Shown: in pieces, positions 48,901 to 59,404 of the stretch
Layout of the letters: each line of letters begins with the position of its first letter
Position numbering within the stretch: the first letter of the stretch is position 1
NCBI GenBank assembly: GCA_050014195.1
Contig: JBEKDT010000014.1
Coordinates: 75,967-139,966 of the forward strand
DNA: 64,000 nt
Direction: 5' to 3'
DNA from: Desulfomonilia bacterium
GTDB lineage: Bacteria > Desulfobacterota > Desulfomonilia > UBA1062
Position numbers and translations under genes: made by a program
Notes under the pieces: generated by a model
The model's input: only the letters and a program-made list of their open reading frames with translations
Database searches by the model: none
Told to the model about the DNA's origin: nothing

Positions 48901-49893
48901 CTATGGTTCAGCACATGCGGCAGCAACACGATGTGCAAGCACCATTATTGTTTCTGCGGCACCAAGGCCGGAGATCCCGGGAAATCCTTCATACTCCATT
49001 TTCTTCGAGTCCAGGATAATGCCGTGGACCTCAAAGTCGGCATACATGCCTATCATATAGGCCGACACACGAGAGGCCATATCATCGCAATCGGGACCTG
49101 CCTCCTGTATATCCACTGCGGCCGCACGCACGAGGCGGCCTCCTCCCCGGGTCTGGCGGACATATGCACCAATTATTGGATGTGCGAACATGACAGCATC
49201 TGGTTCCGACAGAGCCATGCAAAGATTTGCCCGCTCAAAGTCCAGGACCGCCACACCTTCTTCGACCGTGGAAGCCGGATACACAACAGGAGGTGAGTTG
49301 TTCGGTCTGTGAACGGCCGTTGATCGCGACACCCTCAACCACCCGGGTTCATGTGTGAACTCCACATCTGTGTGCAGGTATGCCTCACTTCCACAAAGAC
49401 CTTCCTGCAACTCATCTTTTCTGCACAACACCACGATATCCCATTTCTGCCCCCGAAGCTGCGAGGCCAGCTTAGCAATCCTTGAAAACATTTCAACGAA
49501 GCCGTCTGGAATTCGACCTCCTACAATGGCCATCGTATACATTCCTCTTCGGAGCAGCACCGACGCGAGCCTGCCGAGTCCGTCCGCAAACCGGGCCTCA
49601 CATGCAGGGCTGCCGGGAAGGGCAAAATCCCCTAATCCCCGAGCAATCCAGACAGCTGCGGTACAAGGATCAAAAGTTTTAATCTTCAAGGCAAGGGCTG
49701 TTCCCCAGATAAGGCCGGTCAGTGCGGCGGCGCCCGCAGCCGGATCGGCTACGTGCAAATCATTGGCGAGTTCATCAACATTAATACCAAAGCTGTTCGC
49801 AAAGTCCACGACCGCCTGCCAAGACTCGAAATGAGATTCCTGTATAATCCCCTTGATGCGGGAGGGATTGTCCAGCTTGTGAACAGCCGGCAT
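48901..49893 (-). CDS. Hypothetical protein (330 aa)
   Basis: Long ORF with GAGG RBS 11 nt after the antiporter; no family recognised. Confidence 0.6.
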   Translation of the reverse strand: MPAVHKLDNPSRIKGIIQESHFESWQAVVDFANSFGINVDELANDLHVADPAAGAAALTGLIWGTALALKIKTFDPCTAAVWIARGLGDFALPGSPACEARFADGLGRLASVLLRRGMYTMAIVGGRIPDGFVEMFSRIAKLASQLRGQKWDIVVLCRKDELQEGLCGSEAYLHTDVEFTHEPGWLRVSRSTAVHRPNNSPPVVYPASTVEEGVAVLDFERANLCMALSEPDAVMFAHPIIGAYVRQTRGGGRLVRAAAVDIQEAGPDCDDMASRVSAYMIGMYADFEVHGIILDSKKMEYEGFPGISGLGAAETIMVLAHRVAAACAEP

Positions 49894-49904
49894 GGATCAG
49901 CACC

Positions 49905-51104
49905 TCACTCGTTCCCCGGGCCTTCTTCCACCTCTTCTGCTGTGGGTTCGGGCGTGCCCGGCAGCAGTGAATACGGGATGAATGCCAGGTTGGCGATCAT
50001 GGTGGGGATGACTGCGCTTGCGATGACACCGGCAACGAGAAAAGAATACTGCGCACGGGTAACAATTCCATGTGAGAATCCATAAAGTGCCGATATGGTC
50101 CCGAAGGTGAGCCCGGTGGACATCATCAGGGTATAGTACCATCGTTCATCGATATTTCTGCGGAACAGTCCTATCACCGGGTAGAGTCCGAAGATCTTGC
50201 TTGCCACTTTCCCGGCCAGGAGTACAAGAAATATCATGGGCGCCGTCGCTATGGCGGGCAGGGAAACAAGCGATCCTGCCCGAAGGAAATAGAACGGTGT
50301 CAGGAACCCGATACACAGGGTGCGCATTCTCCGAACCCACAGGTCATCCCTGGCAGCGAATTCCGCCAGCACTATCCCTGCAATATACGCCGGGAGGACA
50401 GCTTCGCTGCCCGACCAGATCGCCAGCGCCCCGAGGCCGAACAGAACGAACAGTATCCACTTGGCCCTGATGGCGGCTGTCCGGTGTCCGTATTTCCGTG
50501 TGATGCGCTTGGATATAAACGGAAGCACTGCCATCGCGGCAGCTGTTCCAGCGATAAAGATGATGGTCTTGTAGGAAAAAGGGGCAAAGAGCAGCCCCAG
50601 GACAATCACGGTCCCGAGGTCGTTGACGAAACAGGCCCCGAGGATGCCCTTGCCGAACTCGGTCCGGTTGAAGCCGGTCTCGAGCATGACTGCATAAACC
50701 ACGGCCATTGACGTGGTCGAGAGCGCCACTCCTGCAAGAAGGCTTGCAGAAGGTGTCCATCCCAGCGCATAGCGTGCGAGTGCGGCACACCCCAGGAAAG
50801 GCGCGGTAAATCCGATAAGACCGATCACGGTCACCTCTTTCCATTTTGTGCGGATGACCGCGGGTTCCAGCTCGGCCCCGGCCAGGAAGGTCAGGAGCAC
50901 CGCCCCGGTGGATGCGAGGAAACGGAGCCATTCCGTGTCAGCGCCGATGATCCCGTGCCCCAGGAAATACTCGCAGGCCGCTCCAGCGGCCATGCCCACG
51001 CAGATCTCCACCAGGGCCATGGAGATTCTCAGGTAGTAGGCGATAATCGTTGCCAATACTGCAAGGCCGACCCACAAGGCCGCGATAGTGAAGGGTAGTT
51101 CCAT
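49905..51104 (-). CDS. Cation:proton antiporter (CPA2/Kef-like)
   Basis: Multiple TM helices; LTFLAGAELEP, ALSTTS, FVNDLG. Confidence 0.85.
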   Translation of the reverse strand: MELPFTIAALWVGLAVLATIIAYYLRISMALVEICVGMAAGAACEYFLGHGIIGADTEWLRFLASTGAVLLTFLAGAELEPAVIRTKWKEVTVIGLIGFTAPFLGCAALARYALGWTPSASLLAGVALSTTSMAVVYAVMLETGFNRTEFGKGILGACFVNDLGTVIVLGLLFAPFSYKTIIFIAGTAAAMAVLPFISKRITRKYGHRTAAIRAKWILFVLFGLGALAIWSGSEAVLPAYIAGIVLAEFAARDDLWVRRMRTLCIGFLTPFYFLRAGSLVSLPAIATAPMIFLVLLAGKVASKIFGLYPVIGLFRRNIDERWYYTLMMSTGLTFGTISALYGFSHGIVTRAQYSFLVAGVIASAVIPTMIANLAFIPYSLLPGTPEPTAEEVEEGPGNE

Positions 51105-51151
51105 TGAATCCTCCGTCTTGATGTTTTTCGCCTATGTGCCGGCAAGGGTGT

Positions 51152-52813
51152 TCAAGCATCGATTACATACCCCTGAAGTTCTGAAATAAGATCATGAAGC
51201 TCATGGGTCTTTCCCTGGCTTTTTGACAACAGGGCATCGATGGTGGAGAGCTCATCCCTGATATAGCTTTCCGTCTGCTTGCGCATCCCGTCGATGGCCT
51301 TGTTGATCCGGGTCTCCCACTGGGTAATAAGCCGGGAGATGTTCACCTCCGTCGCCCATGAAATCTCTTTGAGAAAATGTTGTTCAAAAAACCTCCTGAA
51401 AATAAACATAGGGATGAGGAACCAGAGAAGATCGAATTTGAAATCAAAGGTGTAGAGAACCCCGATGTCGGGATTATCAGGCTCTGTCACTTCGATCTTC
51501 CAGTCCGTCTCCGCAAGCCTTATCCCCAGCACCTTGTCAATATTGTCATTGAGCATCATCCTGAAGGTTTCAAGGTAGCGGGTGAGGCTGTTATGCGCCT
51601 TGTTCAGGGTGCCGGAGAAGTGTCTGTTTTCCGCCCTGGAGATATGCCGTATCTCTTCTTCCATGTTTTCGGCCACCCATGCTTCATACATTCTGGTCAG
51701 CTTCCACAGGTTTCCTTTCCAGGAAGGCATCTCTCCGGACAGCTTGGCTTTGAGCTTCTCTGTGAGGGGATTATTAAATTTTTCAAGATGATTCGTCAGG
51801 AGCCCCCGGGTCTGCTTCTGGCATTCTCTTGTAATGACGCCGATCTCTTCCCTGATCTGATCATAACCGACCTTTTCATTCAGGATCTGAGAGTGGAGCG
51901 CCTCACGGTCCTGATCGGCCTCAACAGAAGTCTTCATGGCGATATTGAGATAGGAAAGACAACTTCCGAGCAGTGACTGGGTCTTGTAGTTCAGTATGCG
52001 ATGAAACTCCTGATCCCGGTTCATGGACAGGCCGGACAGGAGCTCCGCCTCGATACGGTGCTTGAAAAATTCCATCCCGACGCGGGTCGAATAGAGAAAT
52101 ATGGGATACTCCCGATTCAACTTCCGCTTTAATGTCTGCTGGAAGAATTGCACTACCTCATTCTGCTGATCCGGACTCAAAAGGTCAGCCTTGGTGAGGA
52201 GGATGACGATCGTGGGAGTATGATGGGAGAGGTCTGCGATGAGATTGAGATCGTGCTCGGAGAGCGGGCGGTCGGAACTGATGGCCAGCACGGCTGCCCC
52301 TACCTCGGGGAGCCAGTTCTCGGACACCTCCTTGTGATATGTGAACACGCTTCCCAGCCCCGGGGTATCCACCAGGCGGAGGCCGGGATAGGCTTCGAGT
52401 GCAGGCAGCTCAATGTCCACGATATCGACGTTTCTGGAATTGGACGGGTTTTGGGCCTCGGAGATGAACTTCTCCAGATCTTCGATGCCTATCTCGGACC
52501 TTGTGCCGTCGATGTAGGTGATCATCGAGCGTACTTGCGGACCGTATTGAAGACGGGTGATCACCGTGGTGACCGGAATGACCCCGACGGGGAGTATTTC
52601 CCGGTCCACAAGGCTGTTGATGAACGAGCTCTTGCCCGCCTTGAACTGGCCGAGTATGGCCACATCGATAATCGGGTTTTCCTTGAGGAGGCTTTCGCAG
52701 ACTTCGATCTGGCGGTTCAGGGAAACGATATGAAACCGTGAGGCTGCTTCGTCAATTTTACTGACCAATTCCTTGGTGTCTGAGATGGGTAAGCTTTTAG
52801 ATGCAAGCTCCAT
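51152..52813 (-). CDS. Bacterial dynamin-like GTPase
   Basis: G1 GQFKAGKS, G2 IPVTT, G3 DTPG, G4 TKAD; helical C-terminus with a hydrophobic paddle. Confidence 0.85.
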   Translation of the reverse strand: MELASKSLPISDTKELVSKIDEAASRFHIVSLNRQIEVCESLLKENPIIDVAILGQFKAGKSSFINSLVDREILPVGVIPVTTVITRLQYGPQVRSMITYIDGTRSEIGIEDLEKFISEAQNPSNSRNVDIVDIELPALEAYPGLRLVDTPGLGSVFTYHKEVSENWLPEVGAAVLAISSDRPLSEHDLNLIADLSHHTPTIVILLTKADLLSPDQQNEVVQFFQQTLKRKLNREYPIFLYSTRVGMEFFKHRIEAELLSGLSMNRDQEFHRILNYKTQSLLGSCLSYLNIAMKTSVEADQDREALHSQILNEKVGYDQIREEIGVITRECQKQTRGLLTNHLEKFNNPLTEKLKAKLSGEMPSWKGNLWKLTRMYEAWVAENMEEEIRHISRAENRHFSGTLNKAHNSLTRYLETFRMMLNDNIDKVLGIRLAETDWKIEVTEPDNPDIGVLYTFDFKFDLLWFLIPMFIFRRFFEQHFLKEISWATEVNISRLITQWETRINKAIDGMRKQTESYIRDELSTIDALLSKSQGKTHELHDLISELQGYVIDA

Positions 52814-52835
52814 ATACGCTCCTTCAGATCTCTCT

Positions 52836-52886
52836 GAGAGGAGTCATCAGCCTGCTTGGCGGTTAAAAGGGGGACTCCATCCCCAA
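52836..52886 (-). ncRNA. Fluoride (crcB) riboswitch #3
   Basis: Minus strand GGGGATGGAGTCCCCCTTTTAACCGCC...GGCTGATGACTCCT. Confidence 0.88.
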
Positions 52887-53093
52887 TTCGGCAAAGGATA
52901 TGTATCGCGCAGAAACGAGATTGTCAATGTTGAATCATGAACAATGATTCGGACACATTGGCTGGCATGAAACTGAAGGACCTTGTTGCGTTCCGGGATC
53001 ATCCCCGGTATCCTTTTTTTTAAAGAATTCATATTGTCCGGGATGTAATACTTTACTGTGCTGGCAATAGTATATCCTTTAGGAAGGTACCCC

Positions 53094-54179
53094 ATGAGAA
53101 AGATCGCACTCACACTCATACCCGGTGACGGGATCGGCATAGAAGTAACAAAGGAATGTATGAGAATCCTCAGGAGGCTCGAAAAGATCCATGGCGGCCT
53201 TTCTTTCCTGACCCGGGAGCTCGGCTGGGGATGCGGATATTATCTGAACCATGGTGCCATGATGCCGCAGGACGGCCTGAAGATTCTCGCAGATTGCGAT
53301 GCTATCCTCCTGGGTGCGGTCGGCTTCCCGGGTGTTCCTGACCACGTATCGCTCCAGGGACTGCTGCTCCCCATCCGGCAGGGGTTCGACCAGTATATAA
53401 ATTTCAGGCCCATCAGGCTCCTCGATGGGCTGGACTCTCCCCTGAAGGCGGCACCGGTCTGTGAGATTGATTTTGTGGTGATCCGGGAAAACTCCGAGGG
53501 TGAGTATTGCGGCAAGGGCTCTTTCATGAATATGGGCACACCCGAGGAGACGGCTGTTCAGGAGTCCCATTTTACCCGGAAAGGCGTGACCAGGGTCATC
53601 CGGTATGCCTTCGAGTATGCCCGGTTGCATGGCCGCAAGAGGCTGATCAGTGCCACCAAGTCCAATGCACTGAACTACTCCATGGTCTTTTGGGACAGGA
53701 TTTTTGAGGAGGTACAGGCATTATACCCCGACATCGAGTCACGGGGCATGCATGTGGATGCCCTTGCCGGGCTCATGATCATGAAGCCGGATGCGCTCGA
53801 CGTAGTGGTGGCGAGCAACCTCTTTGGCGACATCTTGACCGACCTCGGCTCTGCCATGCTCGGCAGCATCGGGATTTCGCCTTCTGCAAATATCAATCCG
53901 GAGAAGCGTTTTCCCAGCATGTTCGAGCCTATACACGGCTCTGCTCCGGACATTGCAGGCAAAGGCATAGCCAACCCCGTGGGCATGATCTGGTCCATGG
54001 TGCTGATGCTTGAACACCTTGATCTGAACGACATGTCGGGCTTGCTCATGAACGCCCTTGAAGGCGTGCTCGCAGAGAGAAAGGTGCGGACACCGGATAT
54101 GGGGGGCACAAGCACTACGGGGCAGGTTGTGGATGATGTGTGTAAAAAACTGGAATTCACCAATCTCATGTTACGCTGA
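53094..54179 (+). CDS. Tartrate dehydrogenase / isocitrate-isopropylmalate dehydrogenase family
   Basis: IPGDGIG, RENSEGEY, ATKSN, NLFGDILTDL, FEPIHGSAPDIAG. Confidence 0.88.
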   Translation: MRKIALTLIPGDGIGIEVTKECMRILRRLEKIHGGLSFLTRELGWGCGYYLNHGAMMPQDGLKILADCDAILLGAVGFPGVPDHVSLQGLLLPIRQGFDQYINFRPIRLLDGLDSPLKAAPVCEIDFVVIRENSEGEYCGKGSFMNMGTPEETAVQESHFTRKGVTRVIRYAFEYARLHGRKRLISATKSNALNYSMVFWDRIFEEVQALYPDIESRGMHVDALAGLMIMKPDALDVVVASNLFGDILTDLGSAMLGSIGISPSANINPEKRFPSMFEPIHGSAPDIAGKGIANPVGMIWSMVLMLEHLDLNDMSGLLMNALEGVLAERKVRTPDMGGTSTTGQVVDDVCKKLEFTNLMLR

Positions 54180-54243
54180 ATGAATCCTTGTGCATTATGG
54201 TAATTTTTTGTTACAAGGCTTAAGAGTCCCACAACAGGAGATC

Positions 54244-55446
54244 ATGATGCTTAATGGAATGCACCTTCAGAGATATGCACAAGTCCTTATCTGGGGATTG
54301 AAGACTGCAAGGGCTGAAAAATACAAGAAGGGCGATATCGTACTTGTCCATTACGATTTGGCAGCTCTGCCCCTGGCCGAAGTTGTCTATTCCCAATTGC
54401 TCGACATGGGTCTGAACCCTGTGCAGCGGGTAACCCTTACTCCAAAGATGGAGCATGGCTTTTATACCATCTCAAACACGAAACAGCTCATCTTCAACAC
54501 ACCGGGGGATGAAGTGCTTTTCAAGGCCATCAATGGCAGCATCTCGCTGCGGGCGCCGGATTCTATAACCCACTTAAGCGATGTAAGACCCGAGAAGATC
54601 GGCAAGAAGGCAGTAGCGCATAAGTATTTAAACGACATCCTTGACAGGCGTGAAGCCGAAGGAAAATTCGGATGGACCTTGTGTCTTTATCCCACTACTG
54701 AACTTGCCCGGCATGCCGGGTTGACCCTGGAAGAGTATTCCGACCAGATTTTACAGGCCTGTTCCCTGAAAAAGACAGACCCGGTGGCTTGGTGGAAGAC
54801 CATCTACAATGATGCCCAAGCTATCAAGAAGTGGCTGAATAGTATGAAGGTTATAAGCTACCATATCGAGTCCGAGCATGTGGATCTGAAGGTAACTCCC
54901 GGACATAATAGAAAATGGGTGGGTATATCGGGGCACAATATCCCGAGCTTTGAGCTGTTCCTTTCACCTGATTGGCGTGGTACTGAAGGCTCTTTTTATG
55001 CCGACCAACCAACGTATCGCAGCGGGAACTATGTGAAGGGGGTCAGGCTTCATTTCAAAACCGGGTCCGTAGTGAAGGCATCCGCAGAACAGGGTGAGGA
55101 GTTCCTGATAAAACAAATCGCCATGGACAACGGCGCTGACAAGCTGGGCGAGTTCTCCCTCACGGACAAGAGGTTTTCCAAGATCAGCACTTTCATGGCG
55201 AACACCCTCTATGATGAGAATTATGGGGGGAAAAGCGGGAACTGCCATGTCGCACTCGGGGCTTCATATTCTGATACCTACGACGGCGATGCTGCAGAGC
55301 TTACCCCTGATAAAAAGAAAGACCTCGGGTTCAATGATTCCGCCCTGCATTGGGACCTGGTAAATACCGAGAAGAAACGGGTAGTGGCGCAACTGGTTTC
55401 GGGTAAGCGCGTAACCATCTATGAAGCCGGTATGTTTGCCTGCTGA
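54244..55446 (+). CDS. Aminopeptidase (M29/AmpS family)
   Basis: NIPSFELF, LGEFSL, LYDENYGG..CHVALG, NDSALHWD. Confidence 0.85.
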   Translation: MMLNGMHLQRYAQVLIWGLKTARAEKYKKGDIVLVHYDLAALPLAEVVYSQLLDMGLNPVQRVTLTPKMEHGFYTISNTKQLIFNTPGDEVLFKAINGSISLRAPDSITHLSDVRPEKIGKKAVAHKYLNDILDRREAEGKFGWTLCLYPTTELARHAGLTLEEYSDQILQACSLKKTDPVAWWKTIYNDAQAIKKWLNSMKVISYHIESEHVDLKVTPGHNRKWVGISGHNIPSFELFLSPDWRGTEGSFYADQPTYRSGNYVKGVRLHFKTGSVVKASAEQGEEFLIKQIAMDNGADKLGEFSLTDKRFSKISTFMANTLYDENYGGKSGNCHVALGASYSDTYDGDAAELTPDKKKDLGFNDSALHWDLVNTEKKRVVAQLVSGKRVTIYEAGMFAC

Positions 55447-55583
55447 ACCCCATCATCTTTGCCCCAGAAGAGTTACAAAAAAGGAATTGATCAATTCCCT
55501 GAAATATCTTAGTATCTTTCCATGTAAATATGTAATGAATATATTGCTTGTATCCATATAATCTTCCCCCCAAGAGTTAGGGT

Positions 55584-56894
55584 ATGAGTGAGAAGTCTAT
55601 TTATCATGAATTGAAGAGGAGGGTCCGCGAGCTGGAGCGTGCTGCACGTCAACGCAAGCATGCAGAAGGCATCCTAAAGGAGACCGCAGAAAAGTATCAC
55701 ATCCATTTTTCACTGGCCAACGATGTCATCTACACAACCGACGAAAATTTCATCCTTCAGAGTGTTTCGCCGAGCGTAGAGCGTATCCTGGGTTATAAGC
55801 CTGAAGAACTTGTCGGCAAATCACTAGCCGAGCTGAGCTTCTTTCCTCCTGATTATCTGAATAAGGCCTTGGAAGAGACCCTGCGGGTGCTCTCGGGAGA
55901 GAGTATTATCTCTTCTACCTACAAATTTATTACAAAAGACGGGGCGGTGAAATTTGGAGAGATCAGCGGCGTCCCCTTTATGCGGGATGGAAAAGTCCGG
56001 GAAATCATCTCAGTGGCAAGAGACCTCACTGAACGCATTGAGATGGAGAAGTCCTTGCGCGAGAGTGAGGAGCGCTTCCGTACGATCTTCGAGTCCGCCC
56101 AGGATTGTATCTATATCAAGAATCTCAACCTCGAATATGTCTTCGTCAACCCCTGCATAGAGAATATCTTTGGTCTTTCTTCTGAAGAAATCCTGGGGAA
56201 GAGAGAGAAGGATCTTTTCGCAGAGGGAATAGAGTCGGATATCAATGAAACTGATCAGAGTGTTCTGGGTGGAGATGTCGTTGAGGGAGAATATTCAAGG
56301 CTTATGAATGGGTCACTTTTGACCTTTCATATCATAAAAGTACCAATGCGTGACAGCACAGGGAAAGTAACCGGCTTATGCGGTATCGCCAGGGATATCA
56401 CGGAGCGAAAGCGGTTCGAACAACAGCTTCTGGCTAAGGAGAGGGAGCTGGCTCATCAGGCCCGTTATTTGGAGGAGATGAATATAACGCTCAAGGTGCT
56501 GCTTGATTCCCGTGAGAAGGAAAAGAAGCAGGATCAGGGAACAATAGTCTCCACGGTGCGAAAGATTATCTACCCCTATCTGGAAAAGATGGATGCGAGC
56601 AATCTTGACGAGGAGAACCGGATCTATCTCAGCATTATCAGGACAAACCTCGATGAGCTCCTCTCCCCGTATATAAATCCGCTTTCGCAGCAATATATGA
56701 ACCTTACCTCCATGGAGATGAGAATCGCCGACCTTATCAAGCAGGGGAAGTCCACCAAAGAGATCGCCGGCATGCTCAGGGTATCACCCTTTGCGGTCTC
56801 ATTTCACCGCAATAATATCAGGAAAAAGTGCGGGCTGCTCAATGCCAAGAAGAACCTTAGGGTATATCTTAATACGATCGAGCAGGAATCATGA
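55584..56894 (+). CDS. PAS-PAS-LuxR transcriptional regulator
   Basis: Two PAS/PAC modules (RDLTER, RDITER); LTSMEMRIADLIKQGKSTKEIA HTH. Confidence 0.88.
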   Translation: MSEKSIYHELKRRVRELERAARQRKHAEGILKETAEKYHIHFSLANDVIYTTDENFILQSVSPSVERILGYKPEELVGKSLAELSFFPPDYLNKALEETLRVLSGESIISSTYKFITKDGAVKFGEISGVPFMRDGKVREIISVARDLTERIEMEKSLRESEERFRTIFESAQDCIYIKNLNLEYVFVNPCIENIFGLSSEEILGKREKDLFAEGIESDINETDQSVLGGDVVEGEYSRLMNGSLLTFHIIKVPMRDSTGKVTGLCGIARDITERKRFEQQLLAKERELAHQARYLEEMNITLKVLLDSREKEKKQDQGTIVSTVRKIIYPYLEKMDASNLDEENRIYLSIIRTNLDELLSPYINPLSQQYMNLTSMEMRIADLIKQGKSTKEIAGMLRVSPFAVSFHRNNIRKKCGLLNAKKNLRVYLNTIEQES

Positions 56895-57009
56895 TATATT
56901 TCATTAGGATTAACCTGTCATTTAACTGTCTAATTTTTAGTATTTAAATTTATTTTTACATATGGCATTATTAAAATGTTGTAAAGGAGGGTATAGATTT
57001 TATTTATTT

Positions 57010-57055
57010 GGCTTCATTGTCCGGCCCCCATGCAGGGACAATGAAGTCTTTTTTT
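57010..57055 (+). terminator. Intrinsic terminator
   Basis: GGCTTCATTGTCC...GGACAATGAAGTC followed by T-run. Confidence 0.65.
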
Positions 57056-57236
57056 CCCCCTGCTTTTGACTTCTTATATCAAGGGTGAAGTTCAATCCTC
57101 TCAGTGAATCCATAAATAATTTTCACAACTATTACAATTTATTTAGGGAAGTTTTACATTGAGTCACCTTGCATTGTGCTATGCTCTTTTCTATTCTAAA
57201 AGGATCAACTGTTATGCATACATGGAGGGTCAGATT

Positions 57237-58781
57237 ATGAAGGCGCTGTTCATCTATCCGGAAATCCCGGAAACGTTCTGGAGCTTTAAATACGCCCTTG
57301 AGTATGTTTCCAAAAAATCGGCTTTCCCCCCGTTAGGCCTGCTTACCATTGCGGCCATGGTGCCTGATACATGGCACAAACGCCTCGTAGACATGAACGT
57401 CGGACCGCTCATGGATGCGGATCTTCTCTGGGCGGACTATGCCTTTATCAGTGTAATGAGCGTGCAGAAGGCCTCCTTTTCCCAAATATTGGCCAGGTGC
57501 AGAGAACTGGGCGTAAAGGTGGTGGCCGGGGGCCCACACTTCACTTCCGAAGAGGGCATCATCGAGGGAGTGGAGCACCTCGTGCTCGGCGAGGCCGAGG
57601 AGACCTTCAGAAATTTTCTTGAAGACCTGCGCAGGGGTCAGGCAAAAGGGATATACATCCCTCAGTCCAATCCTGATCTCAGCCTCACCTGCGAGCCGGA
57701 ATGGTCGCTCATCGACTTCAGAGATTATGATTCCATGCTTCTGCAGTTTTCCCGCGGCTGCCCGTTTGACTGTGAGTTCTGTGACATTGTGCGGATCAAT
57801 GGGAGGAAACAGCGGACAAAGAGCGCATCCCGGTTTATTGCTGAAGTCGAGGGCCTTTTTTTGAGGGGTTGGAGGGGATCCGTGTTCATCGTGGACGATA
57901 ATTTTATCGGGGTGAAATCAAAGGCCAAGGAGATGCTTAAGGCCCTTGCAGGGTGGATGGATGCTCATGGCAGACCATTCCACTTCTTCACCGAGGCTTC
58001 CGTGAATTTGGCGGAAGATGCAGAGCTCATGGACCTTATGGCAAATGCCGGGTTCAACAAGGTATTCATCGGTATAGAGTCCCCGAATGCCCAAAGCCTC
58101 AGTGAGGCAGGCAAGATGCAGAACCTGAAAACCGACCTGCTCAAGTCCGTGCGCGTCATCCAGAGCCACGGTCTTGAGGTTATGGGAGGCTTCATCATCG
58201 GCTTCGATAGCGACCCCGAAGACATCTTCGAGAAGCAGATCGAATTCATCCAAGGCAGCGGCATCATCATGGCCATGGTGGGGCTCTTAGAGGCCCTCAA
58301 GGGGACAAGACTCTGGAAAAGGCTGAACTCCGAGGGGAGGCTGCTGTCGGAATCCTCAGGAGACAATACCGATTGCAAGCTTAATTTCATCCCGAAGATG
58401 GACCGAGAAACTCTTATCAGCGGTTACCGCCGTGTTCTGGAGACCATCTATGCACCTGCTGCCTACTACTGGAGGTGCCGGGAATTTTTAGGCCAGTACC
58501 ATCAGCGTACAGTCTCTATAATTAACAGTTCCGGGATCAAGGCGTTTTTCAAGAGCCTCTGGCGCATCGGGGTCTGCAATGAGGAGGGGTTCAGGCCCTA
58601 TTATTGGAAGCTCCTCATCAGGAGCCTCTTAACATGCCCAAAGACCTTTGGTGAGGTTGTCCGCCTCATGATCGTGGGTATACACTTCCGGAAGTGCCTC
58701 CTGAAAAACAGGGATGTCACCTTGTTCCCCGATCTTGATCCGTTTGGTAAAGCGGGAATGGCACAGAAGAAGGCTGCATAA
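57237..58781 (+). CDS. B12-binding radical SAM protein (DUF4070-like C-terminus)
   Basis: PPLGLLTIAA, SRGCPFDCEFC, VDDNF, GFIIGFD. Confidence 0.88.
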   Translation: MKALFIYPEIPETFWSFKYALEYVSKKSAFPPLGLLTIAAMVPDTWHKRLVDMNVGPLMDADLLWADYAFISVMSVQKASFSQILARCRELGVKVVAGGPHFTSEEGIIEGVEHLVLGEAEETFRNFLEDLRRGQAKGIYIPQSNPDLSLTCEPEWSLIDFRDYDSMLLQFSRGCPFDCEFCDIVRINGRKQRTKSASRFIAEVEGLFLRGWRGSVFIVDDNFIGVKSKAKEMLKALAGWMDAHGRPFHFFTEASVNLAEDAELMDLMANAGFNKVFIGIESPNAQSLSEAGKMQNLKTDLLKSVRVIQSHGLEVMGGFIIGFDSDPEDIFEKQIEFIQGSGIIMAMVGLLEALKGTRLWKRLNSEGRLLSESSGDNTDCKLNFIPKMDRETLISGYRRVLETIYAPAAYYWRCREFLGQYHQRTVSIINSSGIKAFFKSLWRIGVCNEEGFRPYYWKLLIRSLLTCPKTFGEVVRLMIVGIHFRKCLLKNRDVTLFPDLDPFGKAGMAQKKAA

Positions 58782-58888
58782 TCTCCAAGTTGTTTCCTTT
58801 TCTTGCCCGGACCAAGGATAAGAAAACCCTTTGACTGACTGGGATCAATTCTCTATACCTTGTTTAGTTAAAGGGAAGGGATGAATCC

Positions 58889-59359
58889 GTGAAAGTAGCA
58901 AAGTCCGGTGACAAGGTCAGGGTCAACTATACGGGAAGGTCCGAAGACGGTCAGGTCTTTGAGTCTTCTGTCGGCATCATGCCTTTCATATTCACCATCG
59001 GCGCCGAAGAGGTGATCAAGGGATTTGAGGATGCCGTCATAGGCATGCATCCGGGCGATCGTAAAAAGGTCATTGTTGAACCGGAGGACGGCTTTGGACT
59101 GTATGATGAAGACCTTGTCATAGAAGTACCCAAATCGAGCTTGCCTTTGGATCTCAAGCTCCAGGTCGGCATGGATTTCGAGATGGAGGATGACGAGGGC
59201 AATATACTGCCTGCCGTTATCATCGATGTCATGGATGATTCCATCCTTATCGACGCAAATGCACCGCTTGCGGGCAAGAGGGTGATCTATGATATTGAGC
59301 TCATTGAGATCCTTAAGAGAGGAAGGGTATCAGGGGACGGTACTCTGGCAGTTTCGTGA
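58889..59359 (+). CDS. FKBP-type peptidyl-prolyl isomerase (SlyD-like)
   Basis: VNYTG, VIKGFEDA, DANAPLAGK. Confidence 0.85.
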   Translation: MKVAKSGDKVRVNYTGRSEDGQVFESSVGIMPFIFTIGAEEVIKGFEDAVIGMHPGDRKKVIVEPEDGFGLYDEDLVIEVPKSSLPLDLKLQVGMDFEMEDDEGNILPAVIIDVMDDSILIDANAPLAGKRVIYDIELIEILKRGRVSGDGTLAVS

Positions 59360-59404
59360 AAAAGTCTTTTACCGGACGGCCCCACCATACTCACGGGTTT
59401 TATG

